Positions 27,850 to 38,302 of a stretch of 64,000 bases of DNA are shown piece by piece (the stretch's first letter is position 1; the number at the start of each line of letters is the position of its first letter). Position numbers and translations under genes: made by a program. A model generated the notes under the pieces. The model ran no database searches, was not told the origin of the DNA, and was given only the letters and a program-made list of their open reading frames with translations. Origin of the DNA: Candidatus Babeliales bacterium (lineage in GTDB: Bacteria > Babelota > Babeliae > Babelales > JACPOV01); NCBI GenBank assembly GCA_050250855.1, contig JBFWNW010000001.1, positions 376,279 to 440,278 of the forward strand, written 5' to 3'.

Positions 27850-29013
27850 TTACATATACGCAAGGCCTGGTAACTTTTGGCCGCTTAAATAGGCAAGTGT
27901 TGCGCCGCCCCCGGTGGAAAGAAAATCTATTTTTTCCGCAACATTTGCATTAAACGCAGCAGCTACTGAATCGCCGCCACCTACAACAGTATACGCTTTG
28001 CTTGTAGCAAGAGCTTCAAGGAGTTGTTGTGTTGCTTGCATGGTAGCAGGATTTGTGGGGAATCCCATAGCAGCATTAAAAAAAACAGTTTTTGCTTTTT
28101 GTATATGGGTGCAAAAATTTTCAGTTGTTTTTGGGCCAATTGCGGTACCAATGCCGTTTTCAGGAATTGCTTGTCCTTCTGTAGTAATAAGAGCGCTATT
28201 AATATTTTCCAGTGCTACTTGAAAATCTGAAGGCAGTACTATTTTTTGTGCGTCGGCTGTTGTTAAAAATGTTTTGATAGCATCAAGGGCTTCTTCATCA
28301 ACAAGAGATTTGCCGGTAGGAATTCCTAATGCATGGAGTATGGTAAAAACTAAAGCAGGGCATAAAAGAATATGGTCTACTTTTTTTACTATGCTTTCAA
28401 TGAAAGGCAATTTTGTTTTAATTTTGCCACCACCTAAAATGGTAATGAATGGTTTTTTAGGATCATTGATGAGTTTATTAAGATGAGTGATCTCTTTTTC
28501 TATAAGAAAGCCGATAGTTTTTTTATCCTGTTCATACAAAGCTGGCAATAGAGTCAGTGATGTTTCATTTCTGTGTAATGTGCCAAAGGCATCATTAACA
28601 AAAATATCGCCACATGATTTAAGTTGAAGGGCAAATGCTTCATCCTGTTTTTTTTCGCCAGGAAAAAAGCGAAGATTTTCAAGTAATATAAGATGAGATT
28701 TTTTTTCTTTGCTTTTTTGTGCTGCTACGGTTGGATTTTCTGCAAATTCGATAGCGTAGCCGTGATCCAAAAACCAAGGAATAAGTTGCTTGGTTGAATA
28801 ATGTAAGTCTGGCCCTTGAGGCCTTCCTAAATGCGTAGCAAGAACTATGTATGCTTGTTTTTCTAACAGGTAATCAATGGTTGGCCTTACGGCCTGTAAA
28901 CGAAAATCACTCATAATCATACCATCTTTAAGGGGTACATTAAAATCTGTACGCATGAAAACTCTTTCTTGTTCAAGAGACATAGATGGTAAGTGTGATA
29001 TAAGGTGCTTCAT
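27850..29013 (-). CDS. pgk: Phosphoglycerate kinase
   Basis: RTDFNVP, THLGRP, LENLRF, VNDAFGTLHR, GGGDS, LSTGGGA. Confidence 0.97.
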   Translation of the reverse strand: MKHLISHLPSMSLEQERVFMRTDFNVPLKDGMIMSDFRLQAVRPTIDYLLEKQAYIVLATHLGRPQGPDLHYSTKQLIPWFLDHGYAIEFAENPTVAAQKSKEKKSHLILLENLRFFPGEKKQDEAFALQLKSCGDIFVNDAFGTLHRNETSLTLLPALYEQDKKTIGFLIEKEITHLNKLINDPKKPFITILGGGKIKTKLPFIESIVKKVDHILLCPALVFTILHALGIPTGKSLVDEEALDAIKTFLTTADAQKIVLPSDFQVALENINSALITTEGQAIPENGIGTAIGPKTTENFCTHIQKAKTVFFNAAMGFPTNPATMQATQQLLEALATSKAYTVVGGGDSVAAAFNANVAEKIDFLSTGGGATLAYLSGQKLPGLAYM

Positions 29014-29039
29014 AAAATACTCTCCTTTTTAATGCTTTA

Positions 29040-30752
29040 TTAAAAATCGTGTATATAAACAACTTCAATATTATTTTTTTCAAATTCTTTTAATGAGCTT
29101 TGCAGCGTATGCACCTTAATAGTAATTGCTGCATAGGTTGTTGCTTTATCGGTAGGCAACTCCCATTCGTACTCTTTAAAGCAACCGTTGATGGTATCAA
29201 AAGCAGGAGTAAGATTTTTGCCATAACGTACTTTGCATTGTATTTCTTTATGTCCTGCAATTTCTACAATAGTACATGAATCAGGAAATTTTTTTATAGT
29301 ATCTAAAAATAATTTGTAACGAGGAATCTCTAAAAGTTTGTAGGTATCATATTTTTTTTCTTTAAGGATAATATGCGCAGGCAGATTACTATCAAGAGTT
29401 TTCTCTGGATCATCTACCAATAACTGAATAGTTGCTGGTTCTTGCCCAGAATAGAGTGCTCTGATTGGTAAAGAAAGGAGACTTTTTGCCGTATATTCCA
29501 CCGACATGGTGCATCCAATAAAAAGATTCATGAGCGTGTAGGGTGAAGTAATCACAGAAAGAGTACCATTCTTTTTTTGTGCGGTTTTGAATGATTTTGC
29601 AAAAAGATCCCAATAGGAAGTTATGCTTTGCATATAAGGAAATTCATAAAAAGGTATTTTTTCAATAAATTTTCCATATTCTTGAGAAATATCAACATTG
29701 TACCATTCTGGTGTTGTAAGGTATGTTGATATATTTTCGCGCACATAATCAGGATTTTCTTTAAGCTCATGGCTAATGAGAGCAAGTTTATCAGAAGGTG
29801 ATGATGCTTGTTTGGTAAATCTCATCATAGTATTAAGACTAGGATCGCCTTTTTGTAAAAATTTCTGCGCATCAACTTCAAAGCCATGTTTTTTGAGAAG
29901 CTCTATCCAATACTCTAATGGTTGGAAGTTGCGATATTCTTTGCATTCAGCTTCTAAGCTTTCATTACCAATAGTGGCATTGAAAACAGTATGTGCCGCA
30001 TGGACCATTGAGAGTGTTAGATCATCTTTTGCGTCATGATCACGCAATAAGAATATTCCACCTGGCTTCATACAGCGAGCTACTGATGCAACAAACGCAT
30101 CAAGCTTTTCTACGGGAATATGATGAAGACCAATAAAGCAGATTACCAGATCAAGGCTGTTGCTAGGAATATCGCTGCTTTGTATTGGTTCATAATTGTT
30201 AAGTGGCACAAACGTATCATAAGGGAAGAGCGCATTAAAACTCAGGGACATTGTTTGAAAAAAATCACTGAATTTTTTCTGTTCATTTAAAACATAAATA
30301 GGACCAGTTATAGCTAGTTTGTTGCGTAGCACAGAAGTATAGGTAGCAGGTGTTCCAATTTCAAGGCACCCTTGCAGAGATTTTTTATTTTCGAGTAAAT
30401 TAAGAGCCTGCTTTGAAAGAACTTTTTTCTGAGTTGCTAATGATTGTAACTTTTTTAAAGCAGGAACCATAGGTTCTATGCGATGCATTTTTTTTACAAG
30501 ATGAGCATAAAATTCAGCATCATGCTGAGGATGTTTTTTTCTTTGTACGTTCTGTGCGAGATTATAAAATTGTTGTGTATCTACGTAGCGTAAAACATTT
30601 TCTAGAAATCCAGCAAACTCATTTTTTAGTGCAGACGAAGAAAATATATACTCTAAATGATGCGTAGAATTTCTCGGCTCATTAGCTGCTTGTAAGATAT
30701 AAGGAGTCATACTGCTTGTTAAGATAAAAAGTAAGATTTTTTTTGTATTCAT
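29040..30752 (-). CDS. Exported class I SAM-methyltransferase-like domain protein
   Basis: LEIGT, LDLVICFIGLHH, MKPGGIFLLRDHD; C-terminal TYLTTPEWYNV domain. Confidence 0.75.
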   Translation of the reverse strand: MNTKKILLFILTSSMTPYILQAANEPRNSTHHLEYIFSSSALKNEFAGFLENVLRYVDTQQFYNLAQNVQRKKHPQHDAEFYAHLVKKMHRIEPMVPALKKLQSLATQKKVLSKQALNLLENKKSLQGCLEIGTPATYTSVLRNKLAITGPIYVLNEQKKFSDFFQTMSLSFNALFPYDTFVPLNNYEPIQSSDIPSNSLDLVICFIGLHHIPVEKLDAFVASVARCMKPGGIFLLRDHDAKDDLTLSMVHAAHTVFNATIGNESLEAECKEYRNFQPLEYWIELLKKHGFEVDAQKFLQKGDPSLNTMMRFTKQASSPSDKLALISHELKENPDYVRENISTYLTTPEWYNVDISQEYGKFIEKIPFYEFPYMQSITSYWDLFAKSFKTAQKKNGTLSVITSPYTLMNLFIGCTMSVEYTAKSLLSLPIRALYSGQEPATIQLLVDDPEKTLDSNLPAHIILKEKKYDTYKLLEIPRYKLFLDTIKKFPDSCTIVEIAGHKEIQCKVRYGKNLTPAFDTINGCFKEYEWELPTDKATTYAAITIKVHTLQSSLKEFEKNNIEVVYIHDF

Positions 30753-30769
30753 GAAGTTATCCTTTTGGA

Positions 30770-32200
30770 TTACAAGGTATCTTTATAATGCATGTAAAAA
30801 TGATTGACAAAACGCTCTTCAGGATCAACATTTTTCTTTAATGATAAAAATTCTTTAAAGCGTGGATAAATAGTATTGAGCTGTTCTTTTGTTGCGTACA
30901 ATTGATAGGGTAAATAATAAGTTCCTCCTATGCTGTTTATTTCATTGATAAGCTCACGCGTCATTTTTCGCATATTCTCAAGTGCAGTAGAGGTCCTTTT
31001 GTGATTAATAAAAAGCACAAAAGCAAATGAATCTTGCGGTGCATAGGTAAGCATAGATTCGGTGTTTTTGGGAACATAACGAATAGTAATATTAAGTACA
31101 TTCGCACGATAATCAGGTAATACTTTTTTGAAAATTTTTATACATTCTTGATAACGATCAAGGGGAATGAAATATTCTTGCAAAACATTTACATCTGAAG
31201 AATTATATTCTGAAATTCCTGCAATGGTTGAGCCCATAGCATTGTTTCGTGTTATTATTTCATTTTGCTCAATGATATTTTCTTCCAAGAAGGGGCGTAA
31301 GATATTTGCTGTATAGGTTTTCTTTAAAAGAAAGAAGGCAATTTTATCACGTGTTGCATTGCCTTGTTTTTTTAATGCAACATCAATTGCTTCTTGCGTA
31401 GCATCAAAATAGGTTATTGATAAAACATCTTCTAAATAAGAAAGAGGACTCATGGAAAGACGTGCTGAATGCAGCTGAACATTATTTTTTCCATGAATGT
31501 TTTTTTCAAAGTATGCAGGATATTCAGAGGTTTTTAATCGTTTAGTCTTTTTTTCCAGAACGCTATTTTCAGTAAGTTCTAATACTACTTCAACCATAAT
31601 CCCAATAAGGCCATAGCCGCCTAGTGCAGCACTAAAAAGGTTTGCATTTTCTTCTCTGCTGCAGGTTTTTAGTGATCCGTCAGGCATGACCATAACTATT
31701 TTTTTTACACATGAAATGACCATTGGTTTTTTAATGTCCTGACCGTGTGCATTTACACTGAGGGATCCGCCAACAGAAAAATCATGATAGGATTGCATCG
31801 CTTTAAGAGCAAGGCCTAAACCATCGATGCCGCGTTGAATTTCTTCCCACGTTGCGCCAGTTTGGACCGTTAACTCTTTATTGACGACATCTATAGCAGT
31901 AATTTTATTAAGTTTACGCAGATCTATAACGATACCATTTGGGTATGATATATGACCGCCCTGAGAATAACGCGTGCCGCATACAGAGACTTTTAACCCT
32001 TGTTGGGCTGCATTAATAACAATAGCTTGAACATCTTGAACGGTTTTAGGATAATCGACCCTATGAACATAGGCGGGAGTAAGGCGCGTAACATCATTAA
32101 CGAGGGTAGCGGAGTAAACGTTCTTTGATGTCCCTAGATAGAATATTGTACAAATAAGAAAGAACATTAAGCTGCATAGAGAACGTATATAATAATTCAT
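30770..32200 (-). CDS. FAD-linked oxidase (FAD_binding_4, PCMH-type)
   Basis: GTRYSQGG, VQTGATW, SVGGSLSVNAHG, LGGYGLIG, GGTYYLPYQ, VDPEERFVN. Confidence 0.9.
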   Translation of the reverse strand: MNYYIRSLCSLMFFLICTIFYLGTSKNVYSATLVNDVTRLTPAYVHRVDYPKTVQDVQAIVINAAQQGLKVSVCGTRYSQGGHISYPNGIVIDLRKLNKITAIDVVNKELTVQTGATWEEIQRGIDGLGLALKAMQSYHDFSVGGSLSVNAHGQDIKKPMVISCVKKIVMVMPDGSLKTCSREENANLFSAALGGYGLIGIMVEVVLELTENSVLEKKTKRLKTSEYPAYFEKNIHGKNNVQLHSARLSMSPLSYLEDVLSITYFDATQEAIDVALKKQGNATRDKIAFFLLKKTYTANILRPFLEENIIEQNEIITRNNAMGSTIAGISEYNSSDVNVLQEYFIPLDRYQECIKIFKKVLPDYRANVLNITIRYVPKNTESMLTYAPQDSFAFVLFINHKRTSTALENMRKMTRELINEINSIGGTYYLPYQLYATKEQLNTIYPRFKEFLSLKKNVDPEERFVNHFYMHYKDTL

Positions 32201-32360
32201 GGTTATAGATTCCTTAGTAAGATTGAGCATATACTATTCTATAAGTATCACCTAATGATAATAATGATGAATTGTCCTTTAGTCAAAGGGTTATTTTGAT
32301 TGCAAAATGGCAATTAAGGATTTAGGTGAAGGCTTAACTTGGAAAGCAGTTTACAAGAAG

Positions 32361-33575
32361 TTAAAAAACATTCCTCAAGAGTTGCGATAAAGAAATTTTC
32401 TGTGTTCGTATAAGGGGCAAAAGTGTTGCTCCCAAGCTTAAGGCAAGAATAATAATTAGTACCACTAGAACTGTTTTTGCATGAATAATAACGGGCACGT
32501 AAGAAATATAGTACGCATCAGGAAGCTTAAAAAGCTTATATTTGTTGGCAACGATTCCTATACCCAAAGCGGTAAGCAATCCTATAAAAGCAGCGCCAAT
32601 ACTCACCACCATTCCCACGATAATAAAAATCAAGCGACAGTGCCGTGGATGCAAGCCGATTGTTTGCAAAAGGGCAATGTCTCCCTGCTTTGAGGTTATA
32701 ATCATATATAATAATGAAACAATACTCATGCTTGCAATAAAGAGCATAAGGATCAGAATTAATGCCATAGCATATTTTTCTAATGCAAGTGCAGCGACAA
32801 GAGATGGATACATATCTTTCCACGTATACACTGCTAAGTTAAATCGCTTTTTTAACTGTGCAATCAGTTTTGCTTCATCATTACTTGTATGGTGGCAAGA
32901 AACAAGAGAGCAACCAGAATCTGGTATGAGCGTTGCAAGAAATGAAAGAGAGCAAATAAGTAATGTTGTATCAAATTCTTCTATACCTGTTTTGAACGTG
33001 TCCCCAACGAGAGCAGTATATTTTTTAAGCGAAATAGTAGCGCCTTCTGGTGCTTGATCATCCGGTACCATAATATCAAGAGAATCACCATCCGTGACAC
33101 GTAATTGGCGTGCTAACTTGCAGCCAAGAATTACTTTATTACCAGTAAGTTGTTGCGATAATGCGTGCTGCTGCTGTACGGTCAGACTAGCAAGAGAACT
33201 TGCTGAATGCTCAAGCTGAGGATCAATTCCTTTTATAAGAACAACAAGTGGTTTTTTTTGGAAAGATTGTACAAGGCCTTGATGCATATCACTCGGGCTG
33301 CAGCCAGTAATTTCAGGAAATTCATCGTGTATAACTTTTTGTAGAGCTGGAAAATGTATGTGATGATTTTTGCGTGCTTGTATAATAATATCTGCATGCA
33401 TCCCTTTAAGCGCAGTATGCGTTGCTTGCTCAAATCCTTCCATAATAAACATGACAAGAGCAAGAGCTGTTGTTGCTACAAAAATGCCAAAAAAGCATAC
33501 GTAAAGCATAGTGCGAATAGTTGAATGATGCGCTCCGGTTATATAGCGCCATGCAAGAAGCCAGGGTACAAACAT
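32361..33575 (-). CDS. LolC/LolE-like ABC transporter permease
   Basis: LAWRYI, MEGFE, KGIDP, ALALEK, DIALLQTIG, LPDAYYISYVP. Confidence 0.88.
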   Translation of the reverse strand: MFVPWLLAWRYITGAHHSTIRTMLYVCFFGIFVATTALALVMFIMEGFEQATHTALKGMHADIIIQARKNHHIHFPALQKVIHDEFPEITGCSPSDMHQGLVQSFQKKPLVVLIKGIDPQLEHSASSLASLTVQQQHALSQQLTGNKVILGCKLARQLRVTDGDSLDIMVPDDQAPEGATISLKKYTALVGDTFKTGIEEFDTTLLICSLSFLATLIPDSGCSLVSCHHTSNDEAKLIAQLKKRFNLAVYTWKDMYPSLVAALALEKYAMALILILMLFIASMSIVSLLYMIITSKQGDIALLQTIGLHPRHCRLIFIIVGMVVSIGAAFIGLLTALGIGIVANKYKLFKLPDAYYISYVPVIIHAKTVLVVLIIILALSLGATLLPLIRTQKISLSQLLRNVF

Positions 33576-33589
33576 AAATTCCTTGATTG

Positions 33590-33666
33590 CCCTTCGACTT
33601 ACTTTGTTCGCTCAGGGTGACTGCAGTAACGGTCATACTGAGCGAGGGCTAGCCCGAGTCGAAGTA
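33590..33666 (-). repeat. Compact REP doublet upstream of the lolE-like gene
   Basis: Reverse complement is homologous to 38196-38274. Confidence 0.85.
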
Positions 33667-33729
33667 AAGTACACAAGAGTTTAATATATGTTAAACTTAA
33701 AAAAATAATGATTTCTTATAATAACGTAA

Positions 33730-34413
33730 ATGCTGAATTCTATGAAGCTATATTTTTTGGTAACCATTCTTTTTTTATTACCAAGCTGTACGCCGTATGC
33801 ACCGTGGTTTAAAGATGTTTTTTATCAAGGTGAACATACTGAATATCATAAAGATACCGTGCGGCAGTATATTCGTTCAGAGCATGTGTATGATGCTTTC
33901 TCAACGCTAGCGCATTTTGATGCCGTATGGCTTTCTTGCGAACTGCTCGATGCGTATGCTCAAGCGCATGCGCAGAAGTACTGTTTGGATGAATGTGCTT
34001 ATAATTCTTTTTTGCGTGAGCAACATGCTGCTGTGCTCAACAAAACTTCTTTTTACGTGCTGAGCGCAATTCCTGATTGTTATGCAACAGCGCTTGATGA
34101 TAAAAATCCTGTATGGTCAGCATACTTGGTTGTTGATAATGTATGCTGCCAGCCGACTATAATCAAAGAATGTAATATGCCTGTTGAATATCGTTCTTTT
34201 TTTGCGCGTGCATATAATCGTTTTAAAAAATCGTATGAAATAGTTTTTGAGCAGGTAGATGTTCAGCATGCAAAGATGATGCAGCTGATTTTTGCACGTA
34301 CTGATCGTAAAGTTGTTTTAACGTGGCAGCTTGATGGGTGCGGTAAAGTTATTTATCAAAAACTTGAGCGTCATCCAGATATTTTGGTGTACGATTTAGA
34401 ATGTTGTCCATAA
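33730..34413 (+). CDS. Putative lipoprotein
   Basis: Hydrophobic leader ending LPSC (lipobox-like). Confidence 0.65.
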   Translation: MLNSMKLYFLVTILFLLPSCTPYAPWFKDVFYQGEHTEYHKDTVRQYIRSEHVYDAFSTLAHFDAVWLSCELLDAYAQAHAQKYCLDECAYNSFLREQHAAVLNKTSFYVLSAIPDCYATALDDKNPVWSAYLVVDNVCCQPTIIKECNMPVEYRSFFARAYNRFKKSYEIVFEQVDVQHAKMMQLIFARTDRKVVLTWQLDGCGKVIYQKLERHPDILVYDLECCP

Positions 34414-34422
34414 AAAAAGGAA

Positions 34423-34872
34423 ATGAAGAATATGATAACGATTGCATTAGGTGCTGATCATCGCGGTTTTGCATTAAAAGAATTTTTAAAGCAGCAAAAA
34501 ATTACCCAAGAAATTGTTACATGGCTTGATTGTGGTGCACAAAATGATGAGCGTTCAGATTATCCATTATTTGCTCTAGAAGTAGCCAAAGCAATACAAG
34601 CAAAAAAAGCTTCGTGCGGTATTTTATTATGCGGCACTGGTGTTGGTATGGCCATAGCAGCAAATAGATTTTCTGGTATTTATGCTGGTGTTGCATGGAA
34701 TCAAGAAATTGCGCGTAAAGGTAAAGAAGATGATAACATTAATGTTTTAGTTATTCCTGCAGATTTCATACAACAACACGATGTGCTTGCAATTGTACAA
34801 GCGTGGCTTGGTGCTTCCTTTAAAGAAGGGCGTTATGCGCAACGCTTGGCAATGATTGATGCAATAAAATAA
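34423..34872 (+). CDS. rpiB: Ribose-5-phosphate isomerase B
   Basis: GADHRGF, DYP, GILLCGTGVGMAIAAN, FKEGRY. Confidence 0.93.
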   Translation: MKNMITIALGADHRGFALKEFLKQQKITQEIVTWLDCGAQNDERSDYPLFALEVAKAIQAKKASCGILLCGTGVGMAIAANRFSGIYAGVAWNQEIARKGKEDDNINVLVIPADFIQQHDVLAIVQAWLGASFKEGRYAQRLAMIDAIK

Positions 34873-34899
34873 GAAACATAAATTTAGTCTAAGAAATTA

Positions 34900-35076
34900 A
34901 ATGTCCCGTCCTGAGCTCGACGAAGGGTCGAACCATAGGGACATTCTAAAAAACGTAATTTAATATGCGAATCCTGAAAGCTTGTCGAAGGCGGCATTCG
35001 GGATGAGCGAGATAATTAAAGAGCGCTCATGGTGAGTGTTTTTCCGTTAGGAAAAATATATCGAACCATAAAGCGC
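34900..35076. repeat. Cluster of REP-like elements (some degenerate or nested)
   Basis: AATGTCCC..GGGACATT enclosing CCTGAGCTCGACGAAGGG; 35021-35076 is homologous to 19061-19115. Confidence 0.8.
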
Positions 35077-35084
35077 TTACATAA

Positions 35085-37487
35085 TTATTTATTTTCCTCA
35101 ACCGGCTCATCATTGATTTTTAGAATTTCCATCAAATCAACAGATGTTAACGTAAGTTTTTCTTCCAATGCGTCAGCAATTGCTTTCAGCTGTTGCTTGT
35201 GCGTTTCAAGAAGATGAGTAACCTGTTTTTCGCATGCCTCTAGAAGTTCATATGCTTTTTTATTAAGAATATTGCGTGTTTCTTTTGGCAATTGATCTTC
35301 GTACATTCCTTCATACACAACGTAGCGTGCTATATTTAATGCAATTGCTCGTTCATTGCCGTGGTAGCAATAACCAGAAGAGCCGAGTAATATTTTTTCA
35401 GCAATATGACCAGCAAGAACATTTTTTAATTCATTAATAACTTCTTCATGCGTTTTAATGGTATCATTATGCTGTGGCTTTGAACTAAATATTTTACCAT
35501 ACTCAATATATTGTTTTGGTAACGTTTTTTCTTTGCCGCCACTATTATATTTAGAAAAAATACTTTCTTCTTTGATTTCTGTATTAATTGCTTTGATCGT
35601 TACTTTAGTAAGGTGTGGTTCTTTATCAAGTAACAAGCGTGCAAGAACGTGACCTGCTTGGTGCGTTGCTAATATTTTCTTTTGATCATCAGGCAAATTA
35701 ATAGCATCACTAATAATGTGGCGAATTGTTTCATCAAATGCTTCTTCCAGATGATCTTGCTCAAGCGATTGGCTGCGATTTTTTGCTTTTTGCATAGCGT
35801 TTGTTAAAATTGCTTTTAAATCCTCAAACGTGCAGCGATCTGTTTCATGTGCAAGTTTTTCAAGATAACTTTTTTTGATAGACATAATAGTTCTATTTTC
35901 TAATTCTCGCACCAAATAGTTCAAGCGATCATCATAGGTAGGATAATCAGAATACAAGTGCTCACCAAAACGTCCGCGACGCTTGAGGGCCTTATCAATA
36001 TTTTCAGGATTGTTGGTAGCACCAATAATGATAACTGTTTTTGAGCTATCAGAAGAAATATTCATGCAGCCACTTAATGCGGTAAGAGCATTTGCTAATC
36101 CAGCACCATCGCGTTCATTTTGCCATGAGCACAAATGAATTTCATCAATAAATACAATGCACGGTGCATTTAATTTTGCGTATTTAATAATAGTATCTAA
36201 ACCATGCAGTTGAACGTCAGCTGCGCTGAATACTAAGAATTCAAATTTTATACCTAATTTACGTGCACTGCCGGCAAGCGCTTCTACCACAAATGTTTTA
36301 CCCGATCCTGGCGGCCCATACAAAAGATAGCCGGGTGAAGGAGCAATGCCCGCACGGTCAAAACGTTCTGGGTTACGAATATAATCAATTAAAAGCTGGA
36401 ATGTTTCTTTGATATGATCTTTACCAATAATATCATCAAGGGTTGCTCGCGGCTCTTTTTTACCGAAATCAATTTTTCCGGTACCAGGACCACCGCGTAA
36501 ATAACTGCGCACACCTTCCCAACGCAAGGAGCACCAATTTTTAAACTCTTGCCATGTTTCTGGATAAAATGAAACAAGAAGTGGCCAGGTAACGATAGTA
36601 GGAACGGCGAGGTTTACAAAGCCGATTTTTTCAAGCACATAATGTATTTTTGCTACGATGGTGGCATCTTTGTTAGGTTCTAGTATTTTATTGCCATGCT
36701 TATTGTGAGTATCGCCAATCCAATCTTTGATTTTCGATAATGGTTTTCCTATAAATGTTTTTTTATCGAACCATTCTTTTTTGGAATTAGCAATTACTTG
36801 ATAACCAAAAAGACAACCAAGACCTGTTAAGAAAGCCTTTTTGCCAAGATTGTAACGCGTATAAAAATTTTCTAGCGTTCTATATGAACGATTCATAAAA
36901 GAGAGACCGACCATTTGTGTTTCTTGCACAAGAAGAGCCATGTTTTGTTGGCACTGGCTAATCTGTTCATCAATTTTTTCAAAATCAATATCATCATGAG
37001 CCATGCTGCGTTTAATGACCATCTGAAGATTAGGTTCTTCGAGTGTCTTAAGATTGTAATAAACAAGATTACGCATATGGTCTATATATGCTTGGGCGAT
37101 ATCCAAAAGCACTTTAATGCTATAAGGATCAACAACAACATACGATCCTTTTTTGATTTCTTGGATGGTGTTACGTATTTTTGAAATATGTTTGATAACC
37201 ATTTTTTTATCAATATTACGCAACTGATTATTGTTTACCACCTGGGCAAGGTGTTCACAGTTTGCATCAAGGCCCTCAAAAAGTCTGAGTGTTGGCTGAA
37301 TTTTCTCCTCAAGAAAGTCATTCTTCATTTTTTTTAATTCAGCTTGAACTTCAGGCGGTAGCTGCTTGGGATCAATCTTTCCATGCTCTTGTGCCGCTGC
37401 GTCTGCTGCATGCAACAGGGTAGAAGGTGCTAAAAAGCTCGAAACTACTAGGGCAAAGAAATAAATTCTAATATAATTTTTTATCAC
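35085..37487 (-). CDS. FtsH-like AAA+ ATPase with degenerate M41 protease site
   Basis: GPPGSGKT, IVFIDE, IGATN..DKALKRRGRF; HQAGH in place of HExGH. Confidence 0.85.
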   Translation of the reverse strand: MIKNYIRIYFFALVVSSFLAPSTLLHAADAAAQEHGKIDPKQLPPEVQAELKKMKNDFLEEKIQPTLRLFEGLDANCEHLAQVVNNNQLRNIDKKMVIKHISKIRNTIQEIKKGSYVVVDPYSIKVLLDIAQAYIDHMRNLVYYNLKTLEEPNLQMVIKRSMAHDDIDFEKIDEQISQCQQNMALLVQETQMVGLSFMNRSYRTLENFYTRYNLGKKAFLTGLGCLFGYQVIANSKKEWFDKKTFIGKPLSKIKDWIGDTHNKHGNKILEPNKDATIVAKIHYVLEKIGFVNLAVPTIVTWPLLVSFYPETWQEFKNWCSLRWEGVRSYLRGGPGTGKIDFGKKEPRATLDDIIGKDHIKETFQLLIDYIRNPERFDRAGIAPSPGYLLYGPPGSGKTFVVEALAGSARKLGIKFEFLVFSAADVQLHGLDTIIKYAKLNAPCIVFIDEIHLCSWQNERDGAGLANALTALSGCMNISSDSSKTVIIIGATNNPENIDKALKRRGRFGEHLYSDYPTYDDRLNYLVRELENRTIMSIKKSYLEKLAHETDRCTFEDLKAILTNAMQKAKNRSQSLEQDHLEEAFDETIRHIISDAINLPDDQKKILATHQAGHVLARLLLDKEPHLTKVTIKAINTEIKEESIFSKYNSGGKEKTLPKQYIEYGKIFSSKPQHNDTIKTHEEVINELKNVLAGHIAEKILLGSSGYCYHGNERAIALNIARYVVYEGMYEDQLPKETRNILNKKAYELLEACEKQVTHLLETHKQQLKAIADALEEKLTLTSVDLMEILKINDEPVEENK

Positions 37488-37603
37488 AGGTATTCCTCAA
37501 AAAGTACTTTGATGCTTCTTTAAAATCTATACAAAGATGGTACTAAAGAGGGAGTTTTTGTCAATTGCCTAAGGGGTTTTGAGGGGGTTTGCAGGCTAAA
37601 AGA

Positions 37604-37628
37604 AAGGGCTTTGGAAGCCAAAGCCCTT
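37604..37628 (-). terminator. Intrinsic terminator
   Basis: AAGGGCTTTGG-AAG-CCAAAGCCCTT stem with T-tract on the minus strand. Confidence 0.7.
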
Positions 37629-37636
37629 GAATTGGT

Positions 37637-38017
37637 TTATTGTAGACCTAGTGCGTTTTCTACTGAGTTAAAGAGTGAATTGAGTGGTCCTTGAACATAG
37701 TCTTTATAAACAGATTTTACCGATTCAAAGATAATAACGCCTGCCAGAAGATCAAGGGCTTTTTCCGCTGTTTTTCTTCTTACAGCATTTTCTTGTGAGT
37801 CGGTTGTATTTGCATATTGATCAGGAAGGTGCAATGTGTATTTATAGAATAAGTAAAGACCAGCTAAAGGTAATACGGTTGATTTACCTAATTGATAAAT
37901 ACTTGCAATAGGAGAGCCAGAGCGTGGCATCATTGGTTTCATTGGCATATCTTTGTCGCATGTTTTAGCATTGATGCTTCCGGCCACCAAAAGTGATGCT
38001 AGGAGTAATTTTTTCAT
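37637..38017 (-). CDS. Small exported/membrane hypothetical protein
   Basis: MKKLLLASLLVAGSINA leader at ATG 38017. Confidence 0.7.
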   Translation of the reverse strand: MKKLLLASLLVAGSINAKTCDKDMPMKPMMPRSGSPIASIYQLGKSTVLPLAGLYLFYKYTLHLPDQYANTTDSQENAVRRKTAEKALDLLAGVIIFESVKSVYKDYVQGPLNSLFNSVENALGLQ

Positions 38018-38195
38018 AAGAACCCTTTTTTTGTTAAAAATGTTAAAAGAAATGTCTCTTGGCAAGCAAGCCTATGTCAATTGACAGTTTTGTCAATAGT
38101 AAGAAAATCAGATAAAAATTCTTGTGTCTTTTTGAATGAGTGTGTACGCTTTTTGGTGAATTGCTTATCGCAAATTAAAAACGTTTACATGTTTA

Positions 38196-38274
38196 TACTT
38201 CGACTCGAGTTGAAACTCTCGCTCAGTATGACTGGTTTCTCGGTCTCCCTGAGCGAACAGAGTGAGTCGAAGGG
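38196..38274 (+). repeat. Compact REP doublet upstream of trxB
   Basis: TACTTCGACTCG..CTCGCTCAGTATGAC..CCCTGAGCGAACA..GTCGAAGGG. Confidence 0.85.
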
Positions 38275-38302
38275 TAAATATAATTTTAAAAGGAGTTTTT
38301 TT

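Noticed and set aside
38081..38302. 74-aa N-terminal extension of trxB in the ORF track
   Set aside because: It crosses a REP element; a strong AGGAG precedes ATG 38303
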